A stretch of 64,000 nucleotides of DNA, taken from contig NIVC01001081.1 in NCBI GenBank assembly GCA_002269645.1, forward strand, positions 124,001 to 188,000, given 5' to 3'. The translations under genes were made by a program, and so were the position numbers. The DNA comes from Macrostomum lignano. Taxonomy: Eukaryota. A model generated the notes under the pieces. That model was not told the DNA's origin. It was given only the letters and a program-made list of their open reading frames with translations, and did not search any database. Numbering within the stretch: the first letter of the stretch is position 1; every line of letters starts with the position of its first letter. Below, piece by piece: positions 13,701 through 29,814 of the stretch.

Positions 13701-15318
13701 AAAGCGGCGACTCGCCAGTGTCTCTTCGAGTATTGACGTCTGCTTGGGCTTTGATGAGCAAGTCTACGACTCTTTTTTTATTATTTTGCGACGCAACGTA
13801 TATGGGTGAGCATCTGTCGGTCTGTTGAAGATTGATATCAGCCTGGGCTTTGATGACGGAGCTAACTATTTGGTGATGTCCATTTTGCGAAGCAAGAAAG
13901 AGAGGCGAGCAGCCATAAATATCTTCTTGGAGATTGACATCTGCTTGAGCCTTTATCAGCGAGTCAACGATTTGACGGTGGCCTTTGTGAGACGCAATTA
14001 TCAGAGCTGTTTCACCCGTGTTTCGCTGATGATTAACGTCGGCTAGCGCTTGTATTAGTGAGTCCACGACTTTGCGATGACCGTTCTGCGATGCGATGTA
14101 GAGTGGTGACGAGCCATTAACGATCTCTTGACGATCGATGCGTGCCTGCGCCTTTATGAGGGATCCAGCAATTCGTTGATGACCGTTCTGCGATGCAATA
14201 TGAAGTGGGGAAATTCCGTCTCTATTTTGAAGATCGATATCGACTAAAGCAGTTATGAGTAAATCCAGCACTTCCTGATGACCTTGTTGGGACGCAATGT
14301 AGAGAGCTGATGAGCCATTTACTCGCTCCTGAAGATTGACGTCGGCTTGCGCTTTAATGAGCGAGGTCACTACCTGCCAATGCCCCTGTTGTGCTGCGAT
14401 GTACAGAGGCGAGCAGCCATGAATGTTTTTCAGATTGACGTCCGCTTTTCCTTTAACAAGCGATTCAACTATTTTCCGATGACCTTTGTGCGATGCGATG
14501 AAGAGTGCCGATTCACCGGTACTGATTTGAAGGTTGACTTCCGCTTGCGCTTTAATAAGCGAGTCGACAATTTGGTCATAGCCTCGAATCGATGCAATAT
14601 GGAGAGTTGATGGACTATTTGAATTCTTTCGAAGATTGGGATCGGCTTGCGCTTTGATAAGCAGATCGACTACTTGCTGATGACCGCTCTGGCACGCGAT
14701 GAAAAGCGGTGACACCCCGTTGTCTCTTTGGAGATTGACGTCAGCTTGTGCCTTGATGAGCGAGACCACAACTTTTGCGTGGCCACTCTGTGCAGCGATA
14801 TACAGCGGTGTGGTGCCATCGAAAAGTTGAAGGTTGACATCGGCGCGTGCTTTGATGAGCGATTCAACGACCTTCTGGTGACCACAATGAGATGCTATTG
14901 TGAGAGGTGTGTCGCCAGTGTTCTGTTGAATATCTACATCAGCTCCCGCTTTAATGAGTAGATCCACAATTTGCTGATAACCATTCTGGGATGCAATAAA
15001 AAGAGGTGAAAAGCCGTTGACTTGATCTTGAAGATTGACACCAGCTTTAGCTCTGACAAACATATCCACCACACGAACCTTGCCAAGAGCGCAGGCCAGA
15101 TGCAGTGGGTAGAACCTTTGCCCACTCAAGGAAAGTTTTCTTGTTCTGTTAGCTGGATTTTTCAGGTAAAGCGCGATGCGCTCGAGGTCTTCAGTGTTGA
15201 CCGCCTCGAGAACTTCTTCGTCGGTCATTTCTGATGCTCCATCCTGAGAGGCAGCCCTACCAAGGGACTGCATCAGCAGCACAGCAACAGTTCTGAGGGT
15301 CGTCCAGAGTGACTTCAT
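10773..15318 (-). CDS. Ankyrin-repeat (22x) - Mab-21/cGAS-like receptor (cGLR) nucleotidyltransferase fusion, ~1423 aa; exons 15318-12878, 12784-12444, 12262-10773
   Basis: Intron 12877-12785 (ATCAG|GTAAAG..TTTCAG|A, phase 2) and intron 12443-12263 (T|GTGAGT..TTGCAG|CA, phase 1) give a continuous 4272-nt frame. NTase motifs VGSYSEG..SDIDVM and AMDRVTA; Mab-21 C-lobe RVSTSFLEK..LKYLIKK..LKPYHVKSITFRMVE..MEHFF. 22 GxxPL/AL ankyrin units counted. Alternative start at ATG 15228. Confidence 0.85.
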
Positions 15319-16561
15319 GAAGTGAGCTTTTCGAATTGGAGTCGCACAACTTGTTTTTCGAGTGGAAAAAAAGAAAGGCGTGCCTTTTCTGTCACACTAT
15401 TATCTAAATAGTTAGAACTTCCAGTCTAGGAATGCTCGCTATACACACTCTCTACCCTCATGATTGTACAATGCAGTCGGGGGACGAGCGGACATGTAAA
15501 ATGTGGATGTGCAGTCATTTTCTTCACCTTACTACTTTTTACACCCGTTTCCATTGCCGTCCGTCCTGTTCTTTTATGTAGCTATATGGAAAGGGAATCT
15601 ACAAATTTAGCTACTCATCGATCGGTTACGGTTTTCTTGGACTGTACTGCTTCTTCGTGCGTTGCAGCGTTTTTTTATAGTAAGTACATTCCTAGTTATT
15701 TTTACTCTACTCTGAGCGAGAATGTTTTCCCCAGCTTGTAGGCTTGTACAGTAGGTAAAGTCTACCAAAGCACAATAAGCAGTTCTTGTACAATTAAATT
15801 TCTAACCAATTTTCTCCCTCTGTCGGCCTTATTGGCTGACTGACTTCTCTCTGCTGGGTCAGTCTATAAGAACGCCTACTTTCATGTAGAAGACGATTTA
15901 TTAATGTCTATGGCCTCCCACAGCCAAGGAAAGTTGATACTTTGGTTTCAGACAAGCGATTTGCATTATCCCTTCATCCATGCCAGACCAGACAAACGTT
16001 GTTTAGAGCCAGCTACACCACGGACAGATCAACAGACGCAATTGAAATCCGAAATGCAAGCAAGTTCGGAGCTCAAGGAATTGCAAATATTGTACTATCT
16101 CATGGTGTTCAGTGCGCAGGCCTTCTTCATCATGGTGGTCAGTGTGCTATTCTTCAGTGTTTCAGTAGTAGTACTCAGTCCGAACATTGAGTCCGATTAG
16201 AAACTGTGCAATCTACCGAGCCCCTGGCATAAGAAGCAGTCACAAGTTATTTGAAGCTTTTAAGCAAATTCGTTCTCATTAGTTGTTCTTGTTCTTGTCA
16301 TTTGTTCTTGTTTTTTAATGTCTCTAGTCTATTACGGATTAATCAGTAAAAAACTAACGTACATGTGAATTAAATGCACTCTGTATTTACTATTCATTAA
16401 AACGTAAAACAGGTTTCTCTTCGTTGTTTCAACTAATCAATTATCAGTTCGTTGTTTGGTCCTTACTTCAAGACTAGCAGATTTAGAATATTTTCACCCA
16501 TACATGCCAGGCTTTGGACACATATGTATTGTGTATACTAGCTACAACTTTTTACTTTTTT

Positions 16562-18424
16562 CATTCAATTTTGACAGTCTGTAGTGATCCCTTGTTGAAA
16601 TGTTCAACTTATTTTGACAAATCCAAATGCAATAATGACGATTATTTCAACCAAAAATGACAAACTCCAACCTTTATTAACAATTTGCAAGCAATTTTGA
16701 CAGTGTGCATTCAATTTTGACAGTGTGCATTCAATTTTGACAGTGTGCATTCAATTTTGACAGTGTGCATTCAATTTTGACAGTGTGCATTCAATTTTGA
16801 CAGTGTGCATTCAATTTTGACAGTGTGCATTCAATTTTGACAGTGTGCATTCAATTTTGACAGTGTGCATTCAATTTTGACAGTGTGCATTCAATTTTGA
16901 CAGTGTGCATTCAATTTTGACAATGTGCATTCAATTTTGACAGTGTGCATTCAATTTTGACAGTGTGCATTCAATTTTGACAGTGTGCATTCAATTTTGA
17001 CAGTGTGCATTCAATTTTGACAGTGTGCATTCAATTTTGACAATGTGCATTCAATTTTGACAATGTGCATTCAATTTTGACAGTGTGCATTCAATTTTGA
17101 CAGTGTGCATTCAATTTTGACAGTGTGCATTCAATTTTGACAGTGTGCATTCAATTTTGACAATGTGCATTCAATTTTGACAGTGTGCATTCAATTTTGA
17201 CAGTGTGCATTCAATTTTGACAGTGTGCATTCAATTTTGACAGTGTGCATTCAATTTTGACAATGTGCATTCAATTTTGACAATTTGCAAGCAATTTTGA
17301 CAGTGTGCATTCAATTTTGACAGTGTGCATTCAATTTTGACAGTGTGCATTCAATTTTGACAATGTGCATTCAATTTTGACAGTGTGCATTCAATTTTGA
17401 CAGTGTGCATTCAATTTTGACAGTGTGCATTCAATTTTGACAGTGTGCATTCAATTTTGACAGTGTGCATTCAATTTTGACAGTGTGCATTCAATTTTGA
17501 CAGTGTGCATTCAATTTTGACAGTGTGCATTCAATTTTGACAATGTGCATTCAATTTTGACAGTGTGCATTCAATTTTGACAGTGTGCATTCAATTTTGA
17601 CAGTGTGCATTCAATTTTGACAGTGTGCATTCAATTTTGACACTGGGTTACAAAATAGTGCCTTTTTCTCGCTGTCTATGAACAAAACTTGCATATGTGC
17701 ATCCATTTTTGACAAAGTGCATCCAAAAGTGACAGATTACATTACATTGTATTCAAGGGACTACTCAGGTGTTTGAGTAGTCCTTGATGGATTGCATTGC
17801 ACACATTGAATTTTTTAGTTAAACCGCGCGTAATACAGTGATAATCAGTTTGGCAAGTCGTATTATGTTCTGTATGGCATGTCCGCGAGTCAACGCCATA
17901 GTTAGCGACGACGACAGGAGGCGGTTAACCCAGTAATTAACCGGTTAGAAAAAGTCGTGCCCATGAGAATGGTGACGACTTTTTTACCTGACTCGTACCT
18001 TGGGGGATCAAAACAACCACAGCGTATGCCATTGTTAGAAGTGGACGAGTAGAAAAGCTGCTAAATGGAGATCAGCCGTTCAGATCACTCATGAGCGCAT
18101 TGAAACTGTTGAATTGGTTGGGATCTGATCGAGTGGGCTAGGGTTGATCTGAGCCATAATAGTCACTTTTGGATGCACTCTGTCAAAAATATGGATGCAC
18201 GTATGCAAGTTTTGTTCCATAGACGGCGACGGCGAGACAAAGGCACTGTTTTGTAACCCAGTGTCAAAATTGAATGCACACTGTCAAAATTGCTTGCAAA
18301 TTGTTAATAAAGGTTGCATGGAGTTTGTCATTTTCAGTTGAAATTCGTCACTATTGCATTTGGATTTGTCAAAAAAAGGTTAAACATTTCAACAAACGAT
18401 GTTAAGGATTGTCAAAATTGAATG
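16562..18424. mobile_element. Foldback/MITE-like element with long inverted arms; left arm expanded by a satellite
   Basis: 16562-16720 plus 17641-17733 is the reverse complement of 18162-18424 (e.g. ctgggttacaaaatagtgcc vs ggcactgttttgtaacccag; gcatccaaaagtgac vs gtcacttttggatgc); ~430-bp unique spacer. Confidence 0.75.
16701..17640 (+). repeat. 20-bp tandem repeat (cagtgtgcattcaattttga) x47
   Basis: Exact 20-bp period; caatgtgcat variants; one caatttgcaagcaattttga variant unit at 17281 identical to the flanking unit at 16681. Confidence 0.98.
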
Positions 18425-21400
18425 CAAGGGTCGTTCGCAAATTCTAGGAGGAGCAAAAATTTTAACAATTTTCCGAACATTTACTATTGTTACTGCCATA
18501 TTGAAAATAATAGGACACTTTTATCTGTGAATAAAGATAATTTTTGGGTTAAACTTTATCATGCAAAAGTGTTTTTTAATCATCTGGCGGTATTAAGCGA
18601 TAATTAGCGATGAAAAAATTCAAATTCAATCATTTCACCGATGTTAATTTTTGGTACTACAAGATGTCTGTAGCTAAAAAAAGTTGTTGTTGTGTTGAAA
18701 CCTTGCTATATTACATTTAAAATTAAAGCTTATATAAATTTAATTTAAGATTTTTTTAAAGCTCAATAAACTGCACTATAAATGATTTTATAGACGCTTA
18801 ACTGTACGCCTAGCATTTCCGGTGGGATAGCCTCTTTGCGTCTCACAAAATGTATTTTTTCAGCTGACGTCTAGAATGTGCGCTTAAAATGATACATTTT
18901 GATGCAGATAATTAGAAAAACATGTCTTTTTATCTTTTTGTAAAAAATTGTTATGAAATAGAGCACTATTGTTGATAAAAATAATTAAAAGCAACCATGC
19001 ATCGCAATAAACTCCTACTTTGAAGCACAAAATAAATATCCTGTAACCACACTAGCATTCTCCATGGAGCACCTTTTGAGCTGAAATTTTACACAGATAT
19101 CCAGTAAAGTAAACTGAGCAAATGATTTTTTTTGTTTTTGAAAATACTTCAATTTGGCTATGTATCAGTTAGTACATTGGACATATTTATTATATTTTTA
19201 TTAAAATCCTTGTAACCAAGCTACAGAGAAACATGTGCAAAACTGGACCTTGAAATTTGACCTGAATGATCAGCAAATGTGTATCTCGAAATGATTTTTT
19301 TTGTTTTCATCAAGTCATTCTATGCTAATTTTTTCTGAAGGTAAAGATACCATATATTTAGAGTCAATAGGGGAAGCATTTAGACTTATTCAATAGTCAT
19401 TAAAATTGCAACTATATTATTATAATATAGTAATAATATTATACATGTATTATATAGTAATATTAACTTCTAAGATGCCCTTATAAATTTAAGTAAAGAC
19501 AACAGGCCTTAATTAATTAATCAGCATTTTGAAGAAACTGACCTTATACAGATGGGCCCCAAGCTAAGAAATGAATGTAGAGCTTATTTCGTGTAAGGTA
19601 TAAAAATCAATTTATTAAAATATTAAATACTTCTAATAAATTGGTTAAATTAGTTATTTACCTTGAATTAATTTAATTTTAATAATTAAATATATAAATT
19701 TGTTTCACTTCTTACTGCATTTAAATAGAGTACCTCTACTATACTATAGAAGTATAGTAAAAGTACATGGTAAAAAAGTATAGTAAAAACTTTTCTTTGG
19801 TTTAATCCCAGCTTGCCTCAGTTTTTTAGTCTTAATACGAGCTAGATAGTAAGTGTTGATTAATTTGCTCCATCACCTTTTGCCACGGAAACAGCACATG
19901 TCGGACATGCAACACTCTTCCTGATCCCTGGATCCAAGATGACTGCTTCTGCTTCTTCAATGCTTGAAAACTGAGCTCATGGAGCTTTAGGTTATGCTGT
20001 CAGAGTGCTGCTGCCGGTGCTGTGTGTGTATGTGTGTGTCTTCTGCGGGTAGGTTCCCTGTCCCTCAGTTTAGCCACTGTTGTGGGCTAACTGGAGGAAT
20101 TGCCGTTGTCGGTGCTGCAGGTGGCACTGCATGGTAGTATTGACGCTGTCAGTGACGCTGGCAAAGGCTTGGACGAAGCTAGGTGCCGTCATTGTCAGAA
20201 GGACATGCGTGTGCTGCTTAGACCAGTGCGCACATTCGACTGGACTCGTATCTGGTGCAGTCTGGTGTATTCACTGAGATTGTGTGGATCTGCCTCCTCG
20301 CATCACCTCAACCAGGCTCAATTTCTTTTGTAGAATTTTCGTGCGCTGCTTAACTGCATCTTGTGCTTGCTGAGTGATGCCAAGAATTGTGCCACACAAT
20401 AATTTGGCCCATAAACTACTCGTATATTATACATATGTATGCACAGCACACACACACGCAGTTCATTCATATTAAATGTACTAGTTAATGGAATTCTCAT
20501 CTCATGAGCTCTAGTCTATGGACAAACCTGAAATTACTAGAATATCTAGATAGATCTAAACTTCTTTGAGCAGCGCGTTGCGCTGCGAGCAAAATACATG
20601 TAGATTCCTTAGCGCAACTAATTAATAGTGTAGTACAGTCTACAGCCTGAAGTAGCCTGTGTAAGATGCGGAGGGATGATTTTTGCATAGGAAGCCACTA
20701 CGGTAAGGTTGATGGAACTATGGGGAGGTGAGAGATTCAAAGCGAGGGACGGAAGCCATGCATAGTTCGATCATAAGTTTGATTATTCCATGAGTCTGGG
20801 GATGCATTAACGAGAGGCGGACGAGAGCATAGAAATAAAGCGGGCTAAATATATTAATACACAAAATTACATGTACTAGCTAGTAATTTCAGAATGGTCA
20901 GCGACTCCTCCGATTTGTATCCGCGACCGCGTGCCCACAAATCCCCCGGCAGACCCTGTCGCAGTTGGTGGTTGTGCACAGAATACAATGTTAATTTTCG
21001 AGCTTCTCTGCAAAAAATGCGTGATGCACTCAAGATGCGTGCTATAGTCTACTTCTTTGATTGATGGCTGGGTTTTGCCTTTTCGCTTGTGATCATCAAA
21101 AGCTTGGGCGTCATTGCTACTGGTGTTTCAGTGTGCGCATTATGTCTGGTTATCATATTATGTGCATGTGCAGTGTCTTTTACCTACATTTTTGTTTGTC
21201 TCTGTTTCCTGCATGCTCTTTCGCATTTTTACACCTCGCACACCCTCATTTTTCTCAATTAACAAGTGAAATCTTTTTTTAAAGACTAACTGCTATTTTA
21301 GTTAAGCTAGTAGGTTTTTGGTAATTAAATAATTCAATTTTGTCTATTTTCCAAAAAGTTTCAAAAAATGAATTGATTAAAATAAATTTGAATTATTTTA

Positions 21401-23314
21401 AGTTAATTGGAGTAAAATGTCTAATAAGTAACTATAATTTTTTATTTTAAGTACATGCAGCTTTGGTATAAGTATTAATGTAATAAGTACTTAAAGTAAA
21501 ATCAAGCAAGTTATAGTTTTCAGAAATTATGCTACAAATAATCAAATATATACTAGAATCCGAATTCCTTTATTAAGGAACATGCAGTTGATATTAAATC
21601 CACAATGTGCTTTTTGGTGTTCAAGGATAGTTCCCTGACTTTTTCTATTATTAGTTAGATTTTATTATATTTAATGTAAAAATGAACAATTCTATTCACC
21701 GTAAAAATGAACATTCTTTATTTGTCGAATCATCTTGACTTTGAAAAGATACATAGTGAAAACTTGATTTTTAATTCAACTTTTCAAGACTTATTTAGAC
21801 TTCTTAATTCAGTGATTAGTTAAACTGATCGAAGTCCTTTCGAGTGCATGCTATAATAATTTCGCACTTTTTCGCACACGATAATTTTAAATGTCTGGGA
21901 TTTAGAGCAGAGTAACAAAATGCTGTGCTCAAAAACATTTCCTTTGTCAATTTCTTGTTCTTTTATTTTTGCAAAAGAAATTTAACTGCATATTTAAAAT
22001 AAAAATAGAAGAAAATTTTATTTTCTCTTTAATATTTTTGTCGTTTATTTTCCGCAACAAAGAATAACAAATAGCCTTGATTTCTTCTCAATTTCAAGTT
22101 TTCTTGTGGTTTTAGTAGCAGCTTCTTACAGAAATTGTCGAAATAATTTTTTTTGTACGATTATTGGTCGATGTATAAACTTTTTTTGCAATAACAAAAA
22201 GTTGTGACCTAGCTTTGAGAACGACCCGCAAATATGTCGATATTGAGTGCAGATTTTTCAAAATTAAAGTAAAAAAGAAAGTAAAAAAGCGTAGTCATAG
22301 TCGACTTAAATGTTCGGAGACCTATTAACCCATTTTTCGAGTAAACAGACGGTGACTTATTATAGGGAGACAATTAGCCGACTTTGCGCTAGAGTTCAGG
22401 TGGGAAAATTAGCCCTTTATTATCAGAGTCTTTGTTTGAATTTGTCTTTCCAAGAAATGCCTTTCATAGAAAAGAAAGGCACCAAAAATGTTAACTCTGA
22501 GGTGGGGGTAGAGAAAGTTTTCTTGGAAGGTTGGCGGGTTTGCTGACACCAATGAGGTGGGGCGGATTCCACGTTTGAATTCCCGCCAGCGTTGCGTTCG
22601 CACGAATAAATACGGAAATCGCGCAGACGAATCACAACGGAATTCTTTCTCCTGTTTTACTCCGACTGCTGGGGTCCTCAAGTTCCGGGGGGAGGATAGT
22701 CGTAATCGTAGCGGAGCGGTCGTGCAGCGGCGCGGTCGTTCAAATGGTAGACACCGAGATTTTGACACCGTAGATTAATGTGTCGATTTGCTGAGCTGGT
22801 TACTTTCCGTAGGGTAGAGCTGCCACCACCGTAATTTACGTATTACGGAACGAATAAGTCTCAGAAACTTTCTTTGAGCTGAGAACTTTTTTACGCCCCT
22901 CGGGCAAATGACTCAAGATAGGCTATGGCTTAACGTCAACGAATAATTAATGAGCGTAGCGATTACGGATCGGTTATTTTTGTGGCTATTAATTTATTTG
23001 AGATGTTATTGTAGCAGGCTAATCGCTGAATAAAATAAAACAACAAAGATGACTTCGCGAGCGGCACTGGGGTGCTGAATTAGGAGAGCGATAAACTAGT
23101 CAATGAACTAAATAGATCGACTCGGTTATTAAACGAACAATTTGCTAAAGGAGGAAAGGTAAACGGAACGGCAAGGGAGAGAGAGAGAGCGAGCCGTATG
23201 AGGAAAGGCAGGGCTCGGGACAGCGGTTTAAAAAACATACAAACGATGGAGACACGCGTTGGGCAGAGCATTGGGCAGCAAATTCACGGGATGGACACGG
23301 CTCAAAAACACTAA

Positions 23315-23576
23315 GGGCCTTTTCATATTGCTTGTTCTGGTTTCAGAACCAGAACCAATTTGTGAAGTATAACTTTTTGTTTCCATAACTAGAGGGAGAT
23401 ACGTGCTATAAAGTTTTTATTATTGAATGACATTCGCCAAGAAGAAAGTGAAAAATTGTGCTAAGTGAGGTTGTTAAGGCAGTCAAACATTCAATAGAAT
23501 TAAATAGTTATACTGCTGTTTTTCTTGGAAGATCCGAACCGATTCTGATTCTGGAATTGGTAATATGAAAAGGCCC
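23315..23576. mobile_element. PIF/Harbinger (Tourist)-like MITE, 262 bp
   Basis: Perfect 15-bp TIRs GGGCCTTTTCATATT / AATATGAAAAGGCCC, subterminal agaacc/ggttct-like repeats; left flank TAA, right flank ATT (TSD imperfect). Confidence 0.6.
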
Positions 23577-23579
23577 ATT

Positions 23580-23965
23580 GAAAAGCCTCTAAGTCAACGC
23601 GCGGATAAACAAAAATTCAAACGAGGGACAGCGAAAAACAGGGAAGGGACAAAATCAGACCATGGAAAGGAAGGGGGATTGAACAGGCGATAGACGTGGG
23701 AAACGAACAATGACAGCAAATGGAAAAAAGTGGGGATTTGTATGCAATTATTTATGATGAGTTTATAAAAGTAATAAATATCAGAGTTTAATTGTGGCAT
23801 CCCGTCCCGCCTGCCACAACTCCTTAGCAGCGAGTTAGAGACCACAGACCCTGTGGAATTCCCATCTCAGTAACGACACAGATACTAACTTTCACCCCGT
23901 TACAATTGGTAGCAACGGTGAGACACATTATTTAATTTTACCCCTTCTACAATTGGTGCGGTGTG
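23580..23965 (+). mobile_element. Possible 3' end of an LTR followed by primer-binding-site-like sequence
   Basis: TTTATAAAA then AATAAA near 23762-23778, then ..CCGTTACA-AT-TGGTAGCA (8 nt matching an initiator-tRNA-type PBS); no partner LTR or pol ORF found. Confidence 0.3.
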
Positions 23966-26900
23966 GGTGGGTGGCATTAGGTAGGATTGGAAACAGTAGC
24001 CTATAATCCGCTGAAGTTGCAAAATTTGTTACGTTTGGTTAGCAGCAGTGAAATTTTATTGCTTATCTCGACCGACTAAGCGACTAGGACACCTACAACA
24101 AAGATATATTCATAAAACCAATTAGTCGACGAGTCGAGCTGTGACATGCATTTTTAATTTTATGATTTTTAGGTACAGCAGCAGGGAATCCAGTACATTA
24201 GGGGCCGCCTAGTACATTCTGTACATAGAATAAAATATTAACATAGAACTAGAAACTTGATAGAATCTTAATTTTCTCAACAAAAAGCTTTACAAAATAT
24301 CAATAGAACTAGGCCCTAAGAGCTGTAGTGTAAGAAAGGCACAGCATATCAAAATATCAACATTGGATCTGCCTTCTATTGAAGAAAGCAATATCAATTT
24401 TTATGCTAAAAATGATAAGAAGTGTTTATCTGTCACTTCTTTGGCAGCAATTGCAGTTCTACATCATCCAATTTTGACAATGTTTCTTCACTGGCTATGC
24501 CTATAGTACTAGCCTTAGGTATATCAACAGTGATAGTAACATTTTATTTATCTAGCAACTATAACGTTAGGCCTAGGCCTAGCATAAAATTGCTGTAATT
24601 AGTATATTTTTGGTAAAACCAGGCTCTTTAACATTTTCTAAGAAATATAGGGCCTAGTTTTCTATCCCTCTCTGCTTGGGTAGTCTTTGAATGTTATATG
24701 ATCTACACAAAATAAGTAGACCTAGAATTGTCATTTTTGTATGATAGGCCTATTGGCATAATTGTAGCCATTGCCATTAGTAAATGGCAATAGACAAGGC
24801 TAAGTATTAGGGGCCTACTTTATAATATTAATTATTTAATGAATAAATATTTGTATATATTGTATAGTCATCCCTTAAAAAAAAGGACTTAAAAAATAAA
24901 AATTAGGACCAAGTGCACTTTTATAAAAAATATAGGCTTGCTTTCTTTTTTTGGTTTTCATTTCCCAAATCTACATTTTCCCTTGATAATTTTCTAGTTA
25001 AACTAGGCTATGGCATTATAAGGCTAAGCCTTTTAGAATTTAGCTTGCTTGGCTGGAGTCTTATTTGAAATTGTCATAAAGCCTAGGCCTATATAGGTTA
25101 CAAAGAAAACACCTAAGTTATCAAAATTTTTATTGTCTTTGTATTGGATAAGGCTGCATTCATTAAATTTTCATATTGTGTTGCATTGGTTATGCAAGGA
25201 TCTTAGCTCATCTCATAGCAGAAATATCCTCTTAGAATTTTAGGAATATTCCTAGTTTGGTGAATAAATCAAATAGAATTGATTATATGTTTTATTGGTT
25301 GTCACTAAAACTACTTAAAAAATAATAACAAAATACAAGCTACAGACAAGAGAATTCTAACTAAGCTGAGATGCTGGGCAAGTAGGGCCTATGGTTAATA
25401 AATAAGAAGCAAGCTAACAAGGTCAAAAGTATATATTACCAAAACAAACAATAAACTAACTAAACACTGGACAATGAATAGCAAGAGAGAGAATATGGGA
25501 GAAAGGAAGAGAAATAAAAAATGGTGTGGTCTAAACCAGGCCATATAAATAGTATATACCAGCAAAAATACAACAGATAGGAGGGCAGAAGATGAGACAA
25601 AGGATGCGGCAACAGATGAGATAACAAAAAAACTGGACAAAACCCCAGGCAAACCAAAGGATAAAAAAGAGAGGGCCAATGGTTGGGCCAACAGAAGGGG
25701 CAAAGGATGGGCCAATAGGAAGGCAGGGAAGACTACCAAAAAGGCCATACATGCAAAAGAAAAGATATCATCAAAAAAAATAATGTCAACTGCCAATAGC
25801 TCAAGTGGTAGCTTGCCCTACCATAGGATCTGAAAATATTTTTTTGTTAAATTCAATTTCCTTTCCAAGAAACTAGGCTTAATTATTTAACATATTAATA
25901 AGTTGACTCGTATTTGACTAAATTATAGCATCTATATTTTGCTAATTAAAGTACATATTTGAAATGGAAGCACTATTTATAATAAATAATAAAATTATAG
26001 TCAGTTGCAATACATATACAATTGGTAAATAAATTACATGAATTAAATGAGAATGCCCTTAATTGCTTTTTGTCAAAGTTGTCATATTGAAATATTAAAG
26101 CCTTACAGATTTGGTCACATCGTCATTATTATAATGATTTTTAATTTTTGAATATGACAATTTCAATTGTACCTTCTAGTGCCTTTCTAGTTTTACCCTT
26201 TTAGTTTTGACATTTTGCTTTAGTTTTAGTTTTGTTAGTTAAAGGCTTTTGGCAAAAAGTTTTTTGACAAAATGTCAAGTCACTGTTTTCATTATATATA
26301 AAAATTTGAGGCCTATAATATGCTATATACAAAAAGTTGTTTGGCATACTTTTTTCTAATTCAAAATCTATAATAGTGTTGCAATTCTCTTCCTTTAGTT
26401 TAAGTCTCCCTTTAGGCTTTAGTCTATACTTTCTATCTTTCTAAATCTATAATGTCCCCTGGTTATTAGTGTGTTGTATTATATATAATATAAATAGGTA
26501 TACCTATTGGAATTTACTTTGTCTAGGAAAGTGCTTGATAGATCTTCCCATAGAATGAAACTTGTGGACTTAAACATAGCATTCTATTGGCTATTGAAAA
26601 CTTAGAACTAGGTAACAAGGTTTAGTTCCCACTTGATGGCATAATGAAAATAATGCTATAGGCCTACTTGGATATAAACCCAGCTCATTGCTAAGTGTAG
26701 CTCATTGTCTAGTTTCTTTAGACAAAAGTTATATCAATAGTTGCAGATACTCATTCAATTGTTCTACACTAGGCATAGCTAATGTATGATAGCTTAGACC
26801 AAGTGATTCTGATGTTGTTCATAAATTTTTTTGTGCTAAATAATTTGATCCCTGCTTGTCTTTGGCAGAAATTTCAGTTCTACATCATCCAATTCAGACA

Positions 26901-27320
26901 ATGCTCCTTTACTGGCTATGGTACTAGGGCCTAGTATCAATAGTGATAGCAACATATTTATTTAGCAATACATCTAAAAGATTGTCATCACTTCAGCTAG
27001 GATTGTTTATAAACTCAATAAAGTCCCTGAGTTCATTGTCTTTAGGAAGCTCATATTTGATAGAACCTATGGTTTAATTAAGAAAACTGTATCTAGAGAG
27101 TCCACAAGAAGATGCTTCCAATTTATCGTCATCAGAAGATCAGGATTAGAAAATAATTTTGGGTGTGGTTATACATAATTATAGTTGGCTAATCATCTGC
27201 TTTGTAAGAGTAACAGACTTTGATATTATAAAACAGTTATATGCAAATTATTTCAGGATAACATATAAATAATCTATAAAATGTTAGATAAACTTGTATA
27301 ATTGTTTGTATACATAGTAA

Positions 27321-29814
<2,494 letters not shown>

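Noticed and set aside
15229-15318. Signal peptide on the ANK-cGLR (MKSLWTTLRTVAVLLMQSLGRAA)
   Set aside because: The second ATG at 15228 has better context (G at -3) and the domains are cytosolic; unresolved without 5' end data.
15904-16200. Overlapping 82-98-aa ORFs upstream of the ankyrin gene
   Set aside because: No recognisable domain or splice support.
16701-17640. CRISPR-like regular array
   Set aside because: Head-to-tail repeats without unique spacers, no cas genes, eukaryotic context.
19980-20340. GC-richer patch with ARCRHCQK (BED-finger or Myb-like?)
   Set aside because: No complete motif in any frame; probably a transposon remnant but cannot be assigned.
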